NCBI GenBank assembly: GCA_013239625.1
Contig: MU054391.1
Span: forward strand, 7,659,095 to 7,723,094
Length of the DNA stretch: 64,000 nt
Direction: 5' to 3'
Origin: Lama guanicoe
Taxonomy: Eukaryota
Below, piece by piece: positions 51,741 to 64,000 of this stretch. Positions within the stretch are counted from its first letter, which is position 1. Each line of letters opens with the position of its first letter. The notes under the pieces were generated by a model. The model did no database searches and was not told the origin of the DNA. It was given only the letters and a program-made list of their open reading frames with translations. The position numbers and the translations under genes are program-made.

Positions 51741-52189
51741 TTTCAAAATTCAAAAATGAGACTTCGATTTATTACAGATGATTTTCTGAGGAGGAAGGCA
51801 AAAGGAGTCTGGGTAAAGAGGAACCTTTTCTGTCATGCCCATGCAGCATTGTTGTCTTAATCTTACTTTTCCAGCCATTTTCTTGCCGTTAGACCAGCTA
51901 CAAAGTTACAAATTCCCCACAGAATCTACTGAGCCAGCGATACAGAGTAGGTAAGCAATAGATTTGATGAATCAACATTATCAAACACAGGAAAATCTTC
52001 CTTTCTCCAAAATATTTGTTATATACCACTCCAAAGTATTTTCTATATCAAAATACCTATAGGAAGACAAGCCCCAATTCCTTTGGGAATCACTTTTTCA
52101 TTTGTAAAAAAGAGATGGTAACTACTAGATATGCTTTTTTTTGTTTGTAAAATTTAAGTGAGAAATGTATGTGTGAGTTGGCTATAGTG

Positions 52190-52340
52190 CTTTATTTATC
52201 TACTTATTTAATTCATTAAAGTATAGTCGAAGCATAGTACTATATGTTTTGGGAGTATAGCATAGTGATTTGATATTTTTATAGATTACACACCATACAA
52301 AGTTATTACAAAGTAGTGATTGTATTCCATGTACTGTACA
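52190..52340 (-). mobile_element. Short L1 3' end (laurasiatherian type) within a MIR
   Basis: 'aagtatagtcg...gtatagcatagtgatttgatatttttatagattacacaccatacaaagttattac...tgtactgtaca'. Confidence 0.7.
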
Positions 52341-53304
52341 CATAGCATTTTAGACGAGATGTAGAAAATAATATTTTTCTATCTAGATGGTAGTCAGTCT
52401 TCTTTTAATAAGACATCTCTGTGGAGAAGTAAATGCTCAGGATAGTTTAGCTGGTTACACAAAGAAACTTGGGCATGGTCATTATTAGGAGCTAATGAGA
52501 ATAGAGAATTCTTATTTTTATTCTTCTTCTTCTATCATGCAAATACCACATGTCAGTAAATCTATTAATGGGCCTTTCTTGGCCTAAAGTATAGACCTTG
52601 AAGCCTTTTCCATCAATTCAATAAGGTCGTCTTAAAAAAAAAAAGATTGTTCATAAAGCCATAGAAGGCTAAAGGGGAAAGGAAACAAAAATTACCTGAT
52701 CACACGCACCCATTGCAAATTTCACCTGTAGTTTCCTTGTCAGGGTTATCAAGCATCTCTTGTTGATCACTTCCAGTGATAACGAACTTACAAGACAGAT
52801 CATTTGCTCTGATTATTGATTATCCTATTTGGCTGAAATCTCCTTCTCTTAATTGTCTGCCTAATGAAGCTACCCAGAGTGAGTCAAAATGGTCTTTCTC
52901 TGGGTGCTACAGAGGAAAAGGAATTAGAGTCCCCACTGAGTTTACTTTCTTCAGCTAAATGAATTTTCTTTCAACACTGTTAACTCATTTGAAGCGGTTT
53001 TCTGGCCTTATGATACTTCGTATACATGCTAGTTGCTCTCCTTTGGATAAACTCCTATTTGTCAGTCCTGTTTTCTCACTGTTATGCTCAGAGCCGAGTA
53101 GGATGCACTTGATGTACATGGTGGAGGGAGTTAATACAGAAAGTAGCAGCGTTCATCTCCAGTGATGTGTCCCAGTGTCTTAATACGTTGTGATTATGCC
53201 TTGGGGTGGGTCAATATGGCACCAGGTCAAGACGAGCTCCTGGGCTTTCCTATGACATAAAATGCAAAGGTGACATTACAGCAGATGCCCCTGTCAGAAG
53301 CACA

Positions 53305-53455
53305 TCTTTCTCTCCTTCTCTCTGTCTCCTCCTCTTCTTCCTCCTCCTTATTTTCTTCCTCCCTTCCATTCTCCCTCCCTCTCCTTCTCCTCTTACTTTT
53401 CGTCCTCTTCTCTATGTTCATCCTCTTCTATTTTTCTATCCCTCTCTCTCTTAAA
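53305..53455 (+). repeat. Polypyrimidine (CT-rich) low-complexity tract
   Basis: Directly visible. Confidence 0.9.
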
Positions 53456-55519
53456 CCCCTCTATTTATAGTTGCTTTTTTTATATAACTGAATTGGGGGA
53501 AGCCAGCCTTCTGAATAATAAAATTCACTAAATACAGATTTTAAACCCTTTTATAAGTATTCTACTTGGAAAGAACTTTCCTGAAAGTAGCTTCACCTGC
53601 TTAAAACCTGGGTTCTAGCCACGTTATTGATGATATGTTTGAATCGTACTGCTCCCGTGCAGGTTAGACTGTTAGTGATGCCATATAGGATCTAATCAAG
53701 ACAAAAATTTTTTTGCAGTTGAGTCAAGCTGAACCCTACAGTACAAAGATACATTTTTATTAAAAAAAAAAACTTATTTGAACATCCATTGATTGTTGTG
53801 TTGGTCACTCCATAGTTTCAGGTGCAAAGAGAAAACTGACTTTGTTTCCAGTTTCTAAGGGAATTAGGAGATTTTTTAAAAAAAAAAACTAAGATAAAAG
53901 GTTTCAATATTTAGACAGTGTATTCTCTTCCTTAAGGTGAATACCTACACTACTTTTCCTCCTGTGAAATGCTCAGTTGATGTATATGAGGACAGTTTAC
54001 TATCTCCTTAGCTTCATAACTGTGTAAATATTTCCAATACAATATTTAATAAAACAATAAAGTGGTTAAAGGACCATGAGATCATCTTTGATGGCACAGG
54101 AGAGAGAGAAGGCTAATGAGGGCAAATACACATGGCAGCAATTAGATGGCTGTATAAGGAAAGTGTCTTTGGGTTTTTGCAAAAGCATCTTCCTTGATGA
54201 CACAAGACCACACTAGACTTCCAAATGTTACAGATTAAAAAAGCAAAAACACTGACACAGACCCACTGACTGCTGAGCGTACCTCACCCTCAAGGTGATC
54301 ATTCACAGCCAAGTCTTTGCTTTGACAGCTTGGAGGGTCGGCGTGATGACGGACAAACAGAATCGGTCTCTGACTTCGCCTTCCAACAGGGAAGAAAAAA
54401 AATCTGTCTTGGAACTTCCTCTGAAGATTTCCTGGTCTCACTAAAATGAAGGAAAAACCCACCCCACAGGCTACAGCAACATGCTTGATTAAGCTTCCCA
54501 CAAAACCCATGGCCGCCTGCCCGAAAGGCTTTCCTTTCACTGGAATCGCTTAAGGATATGTCATCACTGACTCATATCTCATAAACATGATTTACAAAAA
54601 AAGACTTGGTGTCAGCTGGGTTTTATTAAACTGTAAATTAAAAAAAAAAACCCAAAAAACCCTGCATCCAGAATATCCAACAGCTCAACACCCACCAATT
54701 CGCTGGCTCTCTTCTCCCGGCATCTTTTGGTGGTCGGTAACCCGGAGGAAAATACACACCTCATCAACTCCCATCAACCACTCTCTGCTCTCATGGGGAA
54801 GGCATCGGGCTCGCGGAATTCTTCCCACCGCAGATCCGCGTCTGAGCTTTCATGTGCACGCACACCACCAGCACATGCAAAAAACCCCAGATTCATATAG
54901 CCTTTCCAAAGAAAATAAACTGCTACATTTATGCACGACAAATGAAAGAAAAAGTCACGCTATGTCAAGCTAGAAATACACATTTTTAAAAGCCAGACTT
55001 GTTACTTATAAAAAGAAGAGTACTTTGGCTGAACTTGCCAGGGAGAAGCAATGAAAAACTGAAAGAAAATGAGATGCTGGATCAGTGCACTAATTCCATT
55101 CAAATGCATTGTTCTGACTCTGGCAAGTATTCATTTGCTTGCAAATATTGTATAAAATTCTGTTCTCATTGGTTTTTGTCAGTTCATGGAAAGCATCATG
55201 TCATTTCATCGGACTGTCTTATATTTAAATGATGACTTTATAGGGTTCCTGGGAAGATGGAAAGGCCTCGATAACTTTAGAGACCTCTTCCCTTTCCTTC
55301 ATGCAGTAGGGCTTATAAAATCATTCAAAAGAAAAAAACGGTGTCGGATTATTAGTGGAACCTAAAAGAAGCAATCCAAGTTCTGGACTTCAGATGTTGA
55401 AGGCATTTACACAGCTTTTCACACCAACGAATGGCCTGGATTTGAACAACAATCATAAGAAGTGATCTAGGATCCATGAAGAGACTCATTTAAGCCGTTG
55501 TGTTGACAGTGTATTTATT

Positions 55520-55895
55520 GGAGAAGCACTACTTGTAACAAACAAACAAAAAATGTATTAAGGCAGCAACATGGTAGAAGTTTATTTTTTGCTCACATAA
55601 ACCCCAAAATTTATGTTTCCCATTAGTAGGGAAGACTTTCTGAAACCTGGTCGGCTTCCACGTTGTGGCTCTGCTATCTTCAATACATATTTTTCAAAAC
55701 AATTTACAAGAGCCATCTGAACGAAGCTGGAAAAGACAGATCATCGCACGTTATATGTAGCAGAGTTCTGTGGACAAGGTTGGAGCTGCATACATAACAC
55801 CGTTGGATACAGAGCTCAGTTGGAAATGGCTCCTTGCTATGAGCTCAGGAGGAAAAGGAAGTGGATTTGGTAAATAGCTAGCCAGTCTCCAATGC
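55520..55895 (-). mobile_element. MaLR LTR (MLT1I/J-like)
   Basis: 'tagaagtttattttttgctcacataa', 'ttccacgttgtggctctgctatcttcaa' and 'caggaggaaaaggaagtggatttggtaaatagctagccagtctc'. Confidence 0.6.
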
Positions 55896-57139
55896 CTAAA
55901 AAAGAAGAAATCCTCAATTTTGCCATCCCTCCTCTTCTGCTCAAAAGGCATGACAGATGTCCCAGTTCCTCTGAATTCAGCATGCAGTTGGCATTTAGGA
56001 TAGATTTTTTGGTAGCAATTCTAGGGATTGGAGTATTAGATCCTCACCAGGGAGTCCCTTTTCCAGAGAGTGAGCATCAAAAATGGGACTTTCAACCAGT
56101 CTACCATGGACTAGGGTTTGGGCACCATGAGTAATAATTACTATGACCCTCTGCTCAAATGGCTTTGGAAGTGATGTGGCACCTCAGAGAATGTCTTCCT
56201 GTGATTTTTTTACTTTCAAATCTAAGTGTATCCAGTTGTGTAGAAATTCATTCAAGTATCTTTCCATTTCTTTCAAAAAGTAAGTTGAGGCAACCTAATA
56301 AAATATATAAGAATCCAATAAGAAGACATTAGGTCCAGACCTTGAAAAGGTAAAATTATTGGTAGTAAAAGTGAAGCTAGAGGCGAGAGTATTGCACTTA
56401 ATACATGTATGTATGTCTTTAAAAAAGAGGGTTAAACTGAGGGTTGTAAATAGGCTCATTAAATAGAGGCCAAAGTAAGGAAGGAGGCCTCCAACCCTGT
56501 GCACTTAACTACCTTCCATGCTGGTGTGCTGTGCTCTTTCCTGCCAGAAGCTCCCAAGTGTCCCCGAACTCATTAATAATGAGAACAGAAGAGAACATTG
56601 CTGAAGAGGATGCTTATATGGGGGGTGAAATCAAGCTCTAAATTTAAAGAGAAAGGGATGAGCTGGAGAATTATTAGAGCAAGAAGAGAAAAAAAGCCTA
56701 GTGAGGAGGAGAGAAGGGAAAAACTCTGGCAATCTAACTCATCTCATTGTTGGATTCGAAACAGATCACAAGAAGCAAGATTTTTTTTTCTTTTTTAAGA
56801 AGGAGGGTTGTCAGACCTCCCCAGACTAAACTAGTGAAGACTGGGCATGGAGAGCCAGTGGAGAAGAGCTGAAGTGCACAAAAATCCATAAAAGGGAGCC
56901 CAGTGTTGGTGTGTTTGACTAGAGGGATATAAATAGAAGATCACAGTATTTGGAATGTTTGCGGAATGTCTTAAGATAACCATGAGCATCCTGTTAAAAA
57001 TGGTGGACTTGCCTTCCAGCTTCTATCGAGCTTATAAGAGGAAATAAATATGAGTCACGTGCCAAAAGGCACAGTAAAACTGGAATGAATTACTATATAT
57101 ATTTACATGAATATTTTAGCACAAAATGGGAACTTAACT

Positions 57140-57440
57140 AATAAAACAACAGAAACCATTCAATCATTTATGGTCTGTTCCCTGAATAAAATATTATGTA
57201 GCTATTAAAATGAACACTGTGGAAACACCATAGCAACAAGTAAAATTGTTTATTGTGCAGTAACAGAGGAAAAAAGCGAGGAACAAAATGATGCCTCTTC
57301 TATGATCACCACTGTGTGGAAAACAGATGTGGGAAAGAGGTAAAAGGAAGCTGTGCAGCAGTATTATCCACTGAAGGTGATGGGGATACAGAGGATTTTT
57401 TTATTTAAGTAGTCACACTGTTTTATTACTGTTTCAATAA
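57140..57440 (+). mobile_element. L1ME-like 3' end
   Basis: 'aatattatgtagctattaaaatgaa...gtattatccactgaaggtgatgggga...gattttttt'. Confidence 0.55.
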
Positions 57441-57710
57441 GAATAGCTGGAGATGGAGGGGCACAAATACAAAGTCTTCTCGACTTCTCGCCAGAGTAAG
57501 AACAGCAAGTGGCGGGACCAGGACGCTGGTGCGCATGTGCGAGAGCTCACCCCGCCCCAACCTGGCGCAGGTGCATGGGGACTGACGGGCAGTGCTCACG
57601 GCAGGGCCAGGGCAGCAGGTGGCCCGGGCTGGTCCTCGGCCCTGGGGCCATTCCTTGGGCTTCTGCCTCGGCTTTTTCTCACGCCAGAATCGGTGAGGGG
57701 GAAAACTGCC

Positions 57711-58133
57711 CTCTGAGCCTGTTTTCTTCTGTGTTAACCCGACAGGGTGGGTGTGAGGACTGGGCAGAATGCAGTATTTTATAGACCAGAAATGTCGTAC
57801 AGACAGGTGCAAAGAGGGGCCGCTACTGACAATCCCATGAAAACTGTAAGGTGCCATGTAGATGTTTCTGCCTTATGTCATTCTTCTCCATCCTCTTGCC
57901 CTCCCCCCCTCCCCCTCCTTCACTCTGAGCCTGTTTTCTTCTGTGTTAACCCGACAGGGTGGGTGTGAGGACTGGGCAGAATGCAGTATTTTATAGACCA
58001 GAAATGTCGTACAGACAGGTGCAAAGAGGGGCCGCTACTGACAATCCCATGAAAACTGTAAGGTGCCATGTAGATGTTTCTGCCTTATGTCATTCTTCTC
58101 CACCCTCTTGGCCTCCTCCCCTCCCCCTCCTTC
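57711..58133. repeat. 212-bp tandem duplication
   Basis: Copies start at 57711 and 57923; first 180 bp identical; duplicated ORF starts 57747 and 57959 are 212 bp apart. Confidence 0.97.
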
Positions 58134-58325
58134 CCCTCCCCTCTTCTCCCCCTCCTCCCCTCCTCCTCTACTTCCTCCTTCTTATATCTGTCTTTCTCTG
58201 TCAGTCTCAGTCTCTCTCTTTCTCAGTTTCTATTTCAGCCTTTTTCTCTCTGTCTTCCTTTGTCTCTTTCTTTCTGCTCTTCCACCTCTCCACCCCTCTA
58301 TCTCCTGTTCTATCTCTCTCTCTCA
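58095..58325 (+). repeat. Polypyrimidine tract (G-rich on minus strand)
   Basis: Directly visible CT-rich low complexity. Confidence 0.9.
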
Positions 58326-58779
58326 CACACACAAGCACACACATATACACAGAAGCATTTATACATATTCATGCACACTTTTTGTCCTAGGCACCGTCAC
58401 CTCTGCTCTTAGTGACCACACCTGGCTCTCTCTTGCCTCCAGGAAGTACATACTGATCCTTCTGCCTGTTTCACTTATCTTTCAAGTCTCCTCCAGTTCC
58501 ACTGAAATACCCCATCATATTTCCATCTAATAAGCACTTGAATGCTTTTCTGTCATCATTGATAGGACATAATACTGCTCTGTGCTCAGACGACCTGTCC
58601 TGCTTTCCGACAGCCCAGAGCACAGCCCATGGGACTGATAACTTGGAGTCTTTGCAGTAAGGCACTATGTGAGGCACCCTCAAAGTTGCAAAGAACTTTA
58701 CCAACATTTATTCTATCATTGAAAATAAAATTTTAAGTGTACTATTTATTATTAATGCTATAATCAATAATTAAGGAGT

Positions 58780-58900
58780 TAAACAGAGCAGACTGTACTG
58801 TCATCTTTTTACAAATGAGGAAGGGAGGCTAAGGTACATGGCTGAGATGAATATACAGTCAATGATAGAACTGAGCACAGAATCCAGGACTGTCTGAGCT
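58780..58900 (-). mobile_element. MIR SINE
   Basis: 'tttttacaaatgaggaagggaggctaag...agaactgagcacagaatccaggactgtctga'. Confidence 0.65.
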
Positions 58901-59559
58901 GCAATCAGGCGACAGGAACAGTTCACTGGTTTGCTATCTAGCACCTGCTGGAAGGTGTTTATTTCACATGTTGTCTGTGGGTGGTTATTTCTGGGGCCAG
59001 GGGTACCATCCTGAGCTGGGTACACATGATGGAGGTAGGCTGGGGTTGGGGGGGTGAGTCCCGGATAGAACGTTGGCCCCAATCCCACACACCCTAAAGG
59101 GTGCTTGTGTTTCTTTAACCCTTATTATGATGGTTCCACAGGTAGGAAGACAAGGTCCACCCGGTGGTTGTCAGATCAGCCCTGGGCTCCATGCCACCAT
59201 TTCCAATGAGTTTCTGGCTCAGCAGGCTGTGGGTAGGGCCCGGCAGCTTGCGTTTCCCACCTGTTTCCTAGGCAGAGCGGCTGCTGCTGACCTGGAGACC
59301 GCGCTTAGAACATCACTCGTCTCTGCAAATCTTCTGCGCTGCTTCATATTAACCACCGGCCAGACACCCATCAGGCCACCCATTCCTTCACATAAGTGAC
59401 ATTTAAAAACACACCTTCCTGCATAGTTGTAACGCAGTGCTACACTCTTCCCTGTCAGGCTTTCCAAGTCATAAAATGCCTTCGGAAATTGTGTTTAATG
59501 GAGTGTGTGGTGGAGAAGGAGTCACCAAGGGCCTGAGTCTTTGGCCCTCGTTAATATTC

Positions 59560-60700
59560 AGAGCTTCCAGAGTGTGGAGCAGAGCCGGGCGGGCGGCGTG
59601 GCAGAGGGTCAGGCTGAGACAAACGGACCCATTCAAGGAGACGGGCCCGCGTTAATGTGCCCGGTAAATGTTAACGCCCCTTAAAAATAAAAATAACACA
59701 GCAAGCAATCTTCGCCGGGGAAATAGATCATTCCAGATGAGGCGAATGTTGTTGTTTCAGGTGGTTCACCGTACTGCTCCCAACCTGAGCTTGGAGTTAG
59801 AAAACAGAACCGCAAACCCGTGGGTCAGTCCACCGTGCAGTGGTGTGAAGGCAGCAGTATTAACAGTAACGTAATACCGTGAATTTGGGAAGTTTGCACC
59901 ATGGCCCTCTTCCTGCTCAGGAGAACTTAAAAAAAGATAGCTGTACAGGCAACGCGGGCTGCTCACTGGTCTTCCATGTGCACCTGGGGAGGTGCTGATT
60001 TCACGTGCTGTCTCTGGTTGATCGTCTATGGGGTTGGGGTACCGTCCTGCACCGGGTACACGTGATGGAGGCAGGTTGGAGCAGGAGGCGAGTCCAGGAT
60101 GGAAGTTTGGACAGACTGTGTTTAGAAACGGTTGTGCATAATTCATTCCTCTGGGAATTTGGCTTCATTAATATAACCTCAGTCGCATAAAACATTAACC
60201 CAGGGTAGACGGTCCTCAGCTGGAGAGCTTTTCCGTCTGTGCAGCTGTAGAGCCAGTGACAGCAGCACTGCCGCCGCTGCTGTGTTGCTGAGAAAGTTAA
60301 GACCGCCCCACCGACAGACTCCGGGATCTCGGCGCTGAGCTGCCCGACAAAGCCCTCAGAGGCAAGGACAGGGAACGGTCCTCTGGGGAGGGGGGCGGCG
60401 TGAGCCCCCGTAATTCAGTTTGATGGCCTTAACGAGGGGCAGACACACAACAGCAAAACCTGGCCATGGCGGCTCTCACCTGCCTTGGCGTTTTGCCAAA
60501 CACCCACACTATTCCTTTCCCAGAGACGTGAACCTCAGGCCCTTCTTTAAAACGCCCATCTCTGCTGCCTCATCAAGCTCTTCGTGTTCCGTGAGTCAGC
60601 CTGAAACTTACGGACTACCGCCTGCCTGCCCGGTGCTCTGTGAGTGAAATTCCGCAGCATCGTTTCATCTACATCGAGACCCTTTTGGTAAATGTTATTA
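59560..60700. promoter_or_regulatory. Apparently repeat-free, CpG-enriched segment (weak CpG island or enhancer candidate)
   Basis: About 14 CpGs counted by eye in 60241-60480; GC boxes near 60303 and 60392; CACGTG at 60002 and 60059. Confidence 0.4.
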
Positions 60701-61399
60701 GAATCGATTTACGGATAAGACTCAGTGATAGTCGTAATTTACCCAAGGCGAAATGGGTGCTAAGGAGTGAGAACCGGAACCAGTCAAAACACGTTGCTTG
60801 GTAATTTAGGTGCTGTTCTCTTGGCCTGTAACGTTTTCTTTTCCACTTTCCTGCCCGAGCAACGCGCTCTCTGCTTCCAGGGCCCTAGTCCGAGGCTGTC
60901 CCTTCCCTGTGGCTTTCCCTAAATTCACCCGCTGACCAAGCCACCTGTTCTGTCCTCCCCTGGTCCTCATAGCCCTTTGTCTGCACATTTAGTATTTGTC
61001 ACACTGTTAAGAAATTATTTACATGTTTGCCTCCTGACTGCTTTGCCTTTTTAAATCCTTATATACGTAAACTATGATGTTCGGTGAATAATTGTCAAAT
61101 CAAACAGTTATATGCATAATTATAACACCATTCATGACTTCTAATGACATCTAGTAAAAAAAAAAAAAAGAGTCCCCCAGGAAAGCTTAAGTTTAATGGT
61201 GTACCATCTACATATGGCAGCCCCAGAGCGGACAGCACTTGGAAGCCCCTTTCAAGGCACTGAGTTCTACTGTCTGAGGCCCAAAGGGAGAGCAGAAGCC
61301 AGGAAACCAGGCCAGGCTGGGCAGTGATGCCCTGTGGCTGTGGCTGGGGGCTGGCCTCACGGCGGCGGTAGTTAACTGCACGCCTAACACACGTGGTGC

Positions 61400-61590
61400 T
61401 TGCACGTGCCATCACGGCGGCCTGCGTACCGCTCACCACAGCCCCGGATGCAGACTGTAGTGTCTCTCTTTCACAGATGAGAAAATTGAAGTTCAGTGGT
61501 GCCAAATAAATCATCCAGTGTCACGTAGCAAATATGTCCCAAGAGTGTGACTTTGACTCAGCTTTTAAAACCCCTCACACTTCCTAATAA
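61400..61590 (-). mobile_element. MIR SINE
   Basis: 'tttcacagatgagaaaattgaagttcag...atccagtgtcacgtagcaaat'. Confidence 0.7.
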
Positions 61591-62899
61591 ACAATTCTGT
61601 CTGACGTGAAATGTAGGGCTGGAGACAACAGGATCCATTGCATTAGAAAAAAAGAACCAAAAATCCTAGTGTGAACACCAGGTGGCAAAGAGTGGGTCCA
61701 GTCGAGAGCAGCAGAACTGGCTTCTCATTTGGACTGTCTTGCACGCTGGCCAAGTCGTACTGGCCAAAACATTCACCCAATGGAAGCCTCCATTTCTCTT
61801 GGAAATTCTGCTAAACAGAGATAATCCTCTGGACTCTGCTTTTCTTGGAGGCACATAGGGAGCTGATGTACCGGAAACATCCCAGCAAACTGTAGAACCC
61901 TCTAGAAGGCCCAGGGGCCTTTACAGGTTCCTACCTGTGATCCTGGAATGGTCAGGTTGGTTGGGCAGGCACGGATCAGTCATTTAATTATAAATAGAAA
62001 CTTTATTCCCACAAAGCTCCTCAAGGAGCTTTGACATCTTTGCAGAGTCACTCTGGCACTTTGAAATTGCCGCAGGCATGCAGAGCAAATAGGCCTTCTT
62101 TAAATTTGAATGAGAAGGTTCTGGACATTTCGTATACGATTAAGATTAGATTTTCTGGAATAAAAAGGAGCGATATGTTGACAAATACGTGCTACACTGG
62201 AGTGTGGTTGGGTTGGCCCCATGATCTGTTTTCCTCAAGTCCATGGTCCTCACCAGCCATCGCCCGTTCTTCCCACGCAGAAGCATGTCTGCCTCTCTGC
62301 TTTCTGCAGTAGCTGGACCCACGTGAATATTCTATGGGTCTTGGGTGACCTGGAGGGTGAGGTTAGGGAACCATGCCCTTCCTCGCTGGGCTTCCATCCT
62401 GATGGCTCCCGAGGTAACACCATGGAACCTTGGTCTCCAGATCACAGGCCATGGAGATGCCTCAGAGTTATTGTCTGTTTATTGTGTAAACAGAGGAATG
62501 ACTGACCAGAGATCTGCTTTTAAAAACATCGTGGAAATTCTGTGCAAGATATCTTGGGATGGTCCCGAGCCACGAATAGGAAAGCTTTGCTTGAGGATTT
62601 CATGATACACTGTGTTTTTCAAAAGGGAGGGGAACATTCGTTGCAATGCCAAGTGTATAGTGTGAGAGAGCTAGTGACCAGACTAGGAAAGAGAGAAGGA
62701 TTAGGTGACGGGAGGAACTGAGAGAATGTAAGGAATACAGTTTTACTTACATTGTATTTGAGGACCTAGGGCACATACAAATACAGATGTCTGTTAGAGA
62801 GTTAAACACACGCAGGTATACAGTGCAGGGAAAACGCTGGACTGGTGATTACAACATGCGCATGTCCAAACGCATACATGCATGCGTGTGTATACATGC

Positions 62900-63290
62900 A
62901 CACACACACAGCTGAGAGGAATCCAACACCGGGAAAGCAAGGAGAAAAGCATGAAATACAGCAAGTATCACAGACATTACAAGAGCATTGAATTGGCTCT
63001 AGGTCTTAGTCTTAAATGATTCTATATTTTGCCAACGTTAAACATGTTCACCAAACACACTAAGCTTTTCATAAACTGTGCTTATCGCACAGACATAGCC
63101 ATGTGCTCACATTTCATTTCCAGATTGGTAAAGGCCATAGTTCATTATTTCTTAAGCTAGGTAGGAGGTTCACGAGTGTTTATTTTATTTTTATTCTTTT
63201 ATACGAGTGTTATCCTTTAAGTCATATGTAAACATTATGTATACTCTTCTATATAAGCTACATTTCAAAATAATTTAAAAATCCCAGACA
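62900..63290 (+). mobile_element. L1ME-like 3' end
   Basis: 'gttcattatttcttaagctaggtaggaggttcacgagtgtttattttattt'. Confidence 0.5.
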
Positions 63291-63559
63291 CATAGTATCC
63301 AAGCTTGAGAAGAAATTTATTCAAATCTTAATCCTATGAGGCGGGTGAAGATGTGACAATTTGATCCACAGTTTCAAATGCAGTCCATTCTTCTGATCCT
63401 TAATTTCACGAGGATTTGGAAACCCTTAGATACTGTGATACTGAAAAATCTGAATAAGTTGGACAAAACTATTATGGATTTACACTATACACCAGAAATA
63501 TTCATGTAGGTAATAACGTTTCAGTTGTGACTATCATCCACAAACTTATTCAGTTAATA

Positions 63560-63870
63560 ATTCCAGGGTGAATACTCTTTTCCAGGTACAATGCTGGCTC
63601 CTGGGGTTTCAGAAATCACTAAGACAGTCATTGCCCCGTGGAGTTGACAGTCTAGTAGGGAAATTACAGCTCCGCCTGACAAAGGTGTGCATGAGGTGTG
63701 TGCTTAACGTGTACACAGGAGAGGGACATGCGATGTGGAATGAATGAGGTTTTCTGAGGTGACATTTGAGCTGAATATCAAGGGTGAGAAAAAATCAGCT
63801 GAACGGATACATGTGGGGACATTGTTTTAGGAAGAAGGATCTGCTCGTGCAGAGGGATACAGTTTTTTAA
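63560..63870 (-). mobile_element. L2 LINE 3' region
   Basis: 'gccccgtggagttgacagtctagtaggg...tctgaggtgacatttgagctga'. Confidence 0.7.
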
Positions 63871-64000
63871 AGCATCTGTGTTAGGACTGGCGCAGCCTTA
63901 AATAAACACATTGACATAAGGGAACCCTATTCTCCGGTGTGAATGTCGGCTTCCCTGGTCCAGCAGGCAGTCAGCCTTCTCAGTCTGAGTGGGGGCCACC

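Noticed and set aside
30921..58133. Direct repeats (45 bp and 212 bp) as a CRISPR-like array
   Set aside because: Each has only two adjacent copies with no spacers, there are no cas genes, and the context is mammalian.
53206..58530. Hydrophobic L/F/S/P-rich or E/R-rich ORFs at 53.2-53.5 kb and 58.0-58.5 kb as membrane proteins
   Set aside because: They are translations of CT/GA low-complexity tracts.
63172..63211. ACGAGTGTT direct repeat flanking a T-rich tract, as a TSD of a poly(A)-only insertion
   Set aside because: The T-rich stretch resembles the native L1ME 3' end, so a small local duplication explains it equally well.
1..64000. ORF track as protein-coding genes
   Set aside because: All ORFs are short (179 aa or less), overlap on both strands and mostly lie in repeats or low-complexity sequence. 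I recognise no protein family other than L1 ORF2 relics.

Overview
This is mammalian non-coding DNA (intergenic or deep intronic). It is most likely cetartiodactyl, and camelid-like based on the young L1 3' ends and the lack of Alu, B1, Bov-tA, PRE-1 or Can-SINE elements. I can identify no protein-coding gene, RNA gene, CRISPR array or prokaryote-type system. The ORF track is chance ORFs, low-complexity reads and L1 ORF2 relics. Most of the window is old interspersed repeats (MIR, L2, L1M, MLT1/MLT2 LTRs, MER2, MER3, MER33, a complete Charlie1a hAT element), three younger L1 3' fragments and microsatellites. Repeat names come from my recollection of consensus sequences and need RepeatMasker/Dfam confirmation; old-repeat boundaries are approximate. 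The most notable structures are: two L1 copies 9 kb apart sharing the same post-polyA flank; an internal inversion in Charlie1a; perfect or near-perfect 45-bp and 212-bp tandem duplications; a tail-to-tail L2 hairpin; a dense C/EBP-UPRE-FOX motif cluster; tandem E-boxes; and a weak candidate signal-peptide exon pair on the minus strand. I do not see evidence for a new biological system.
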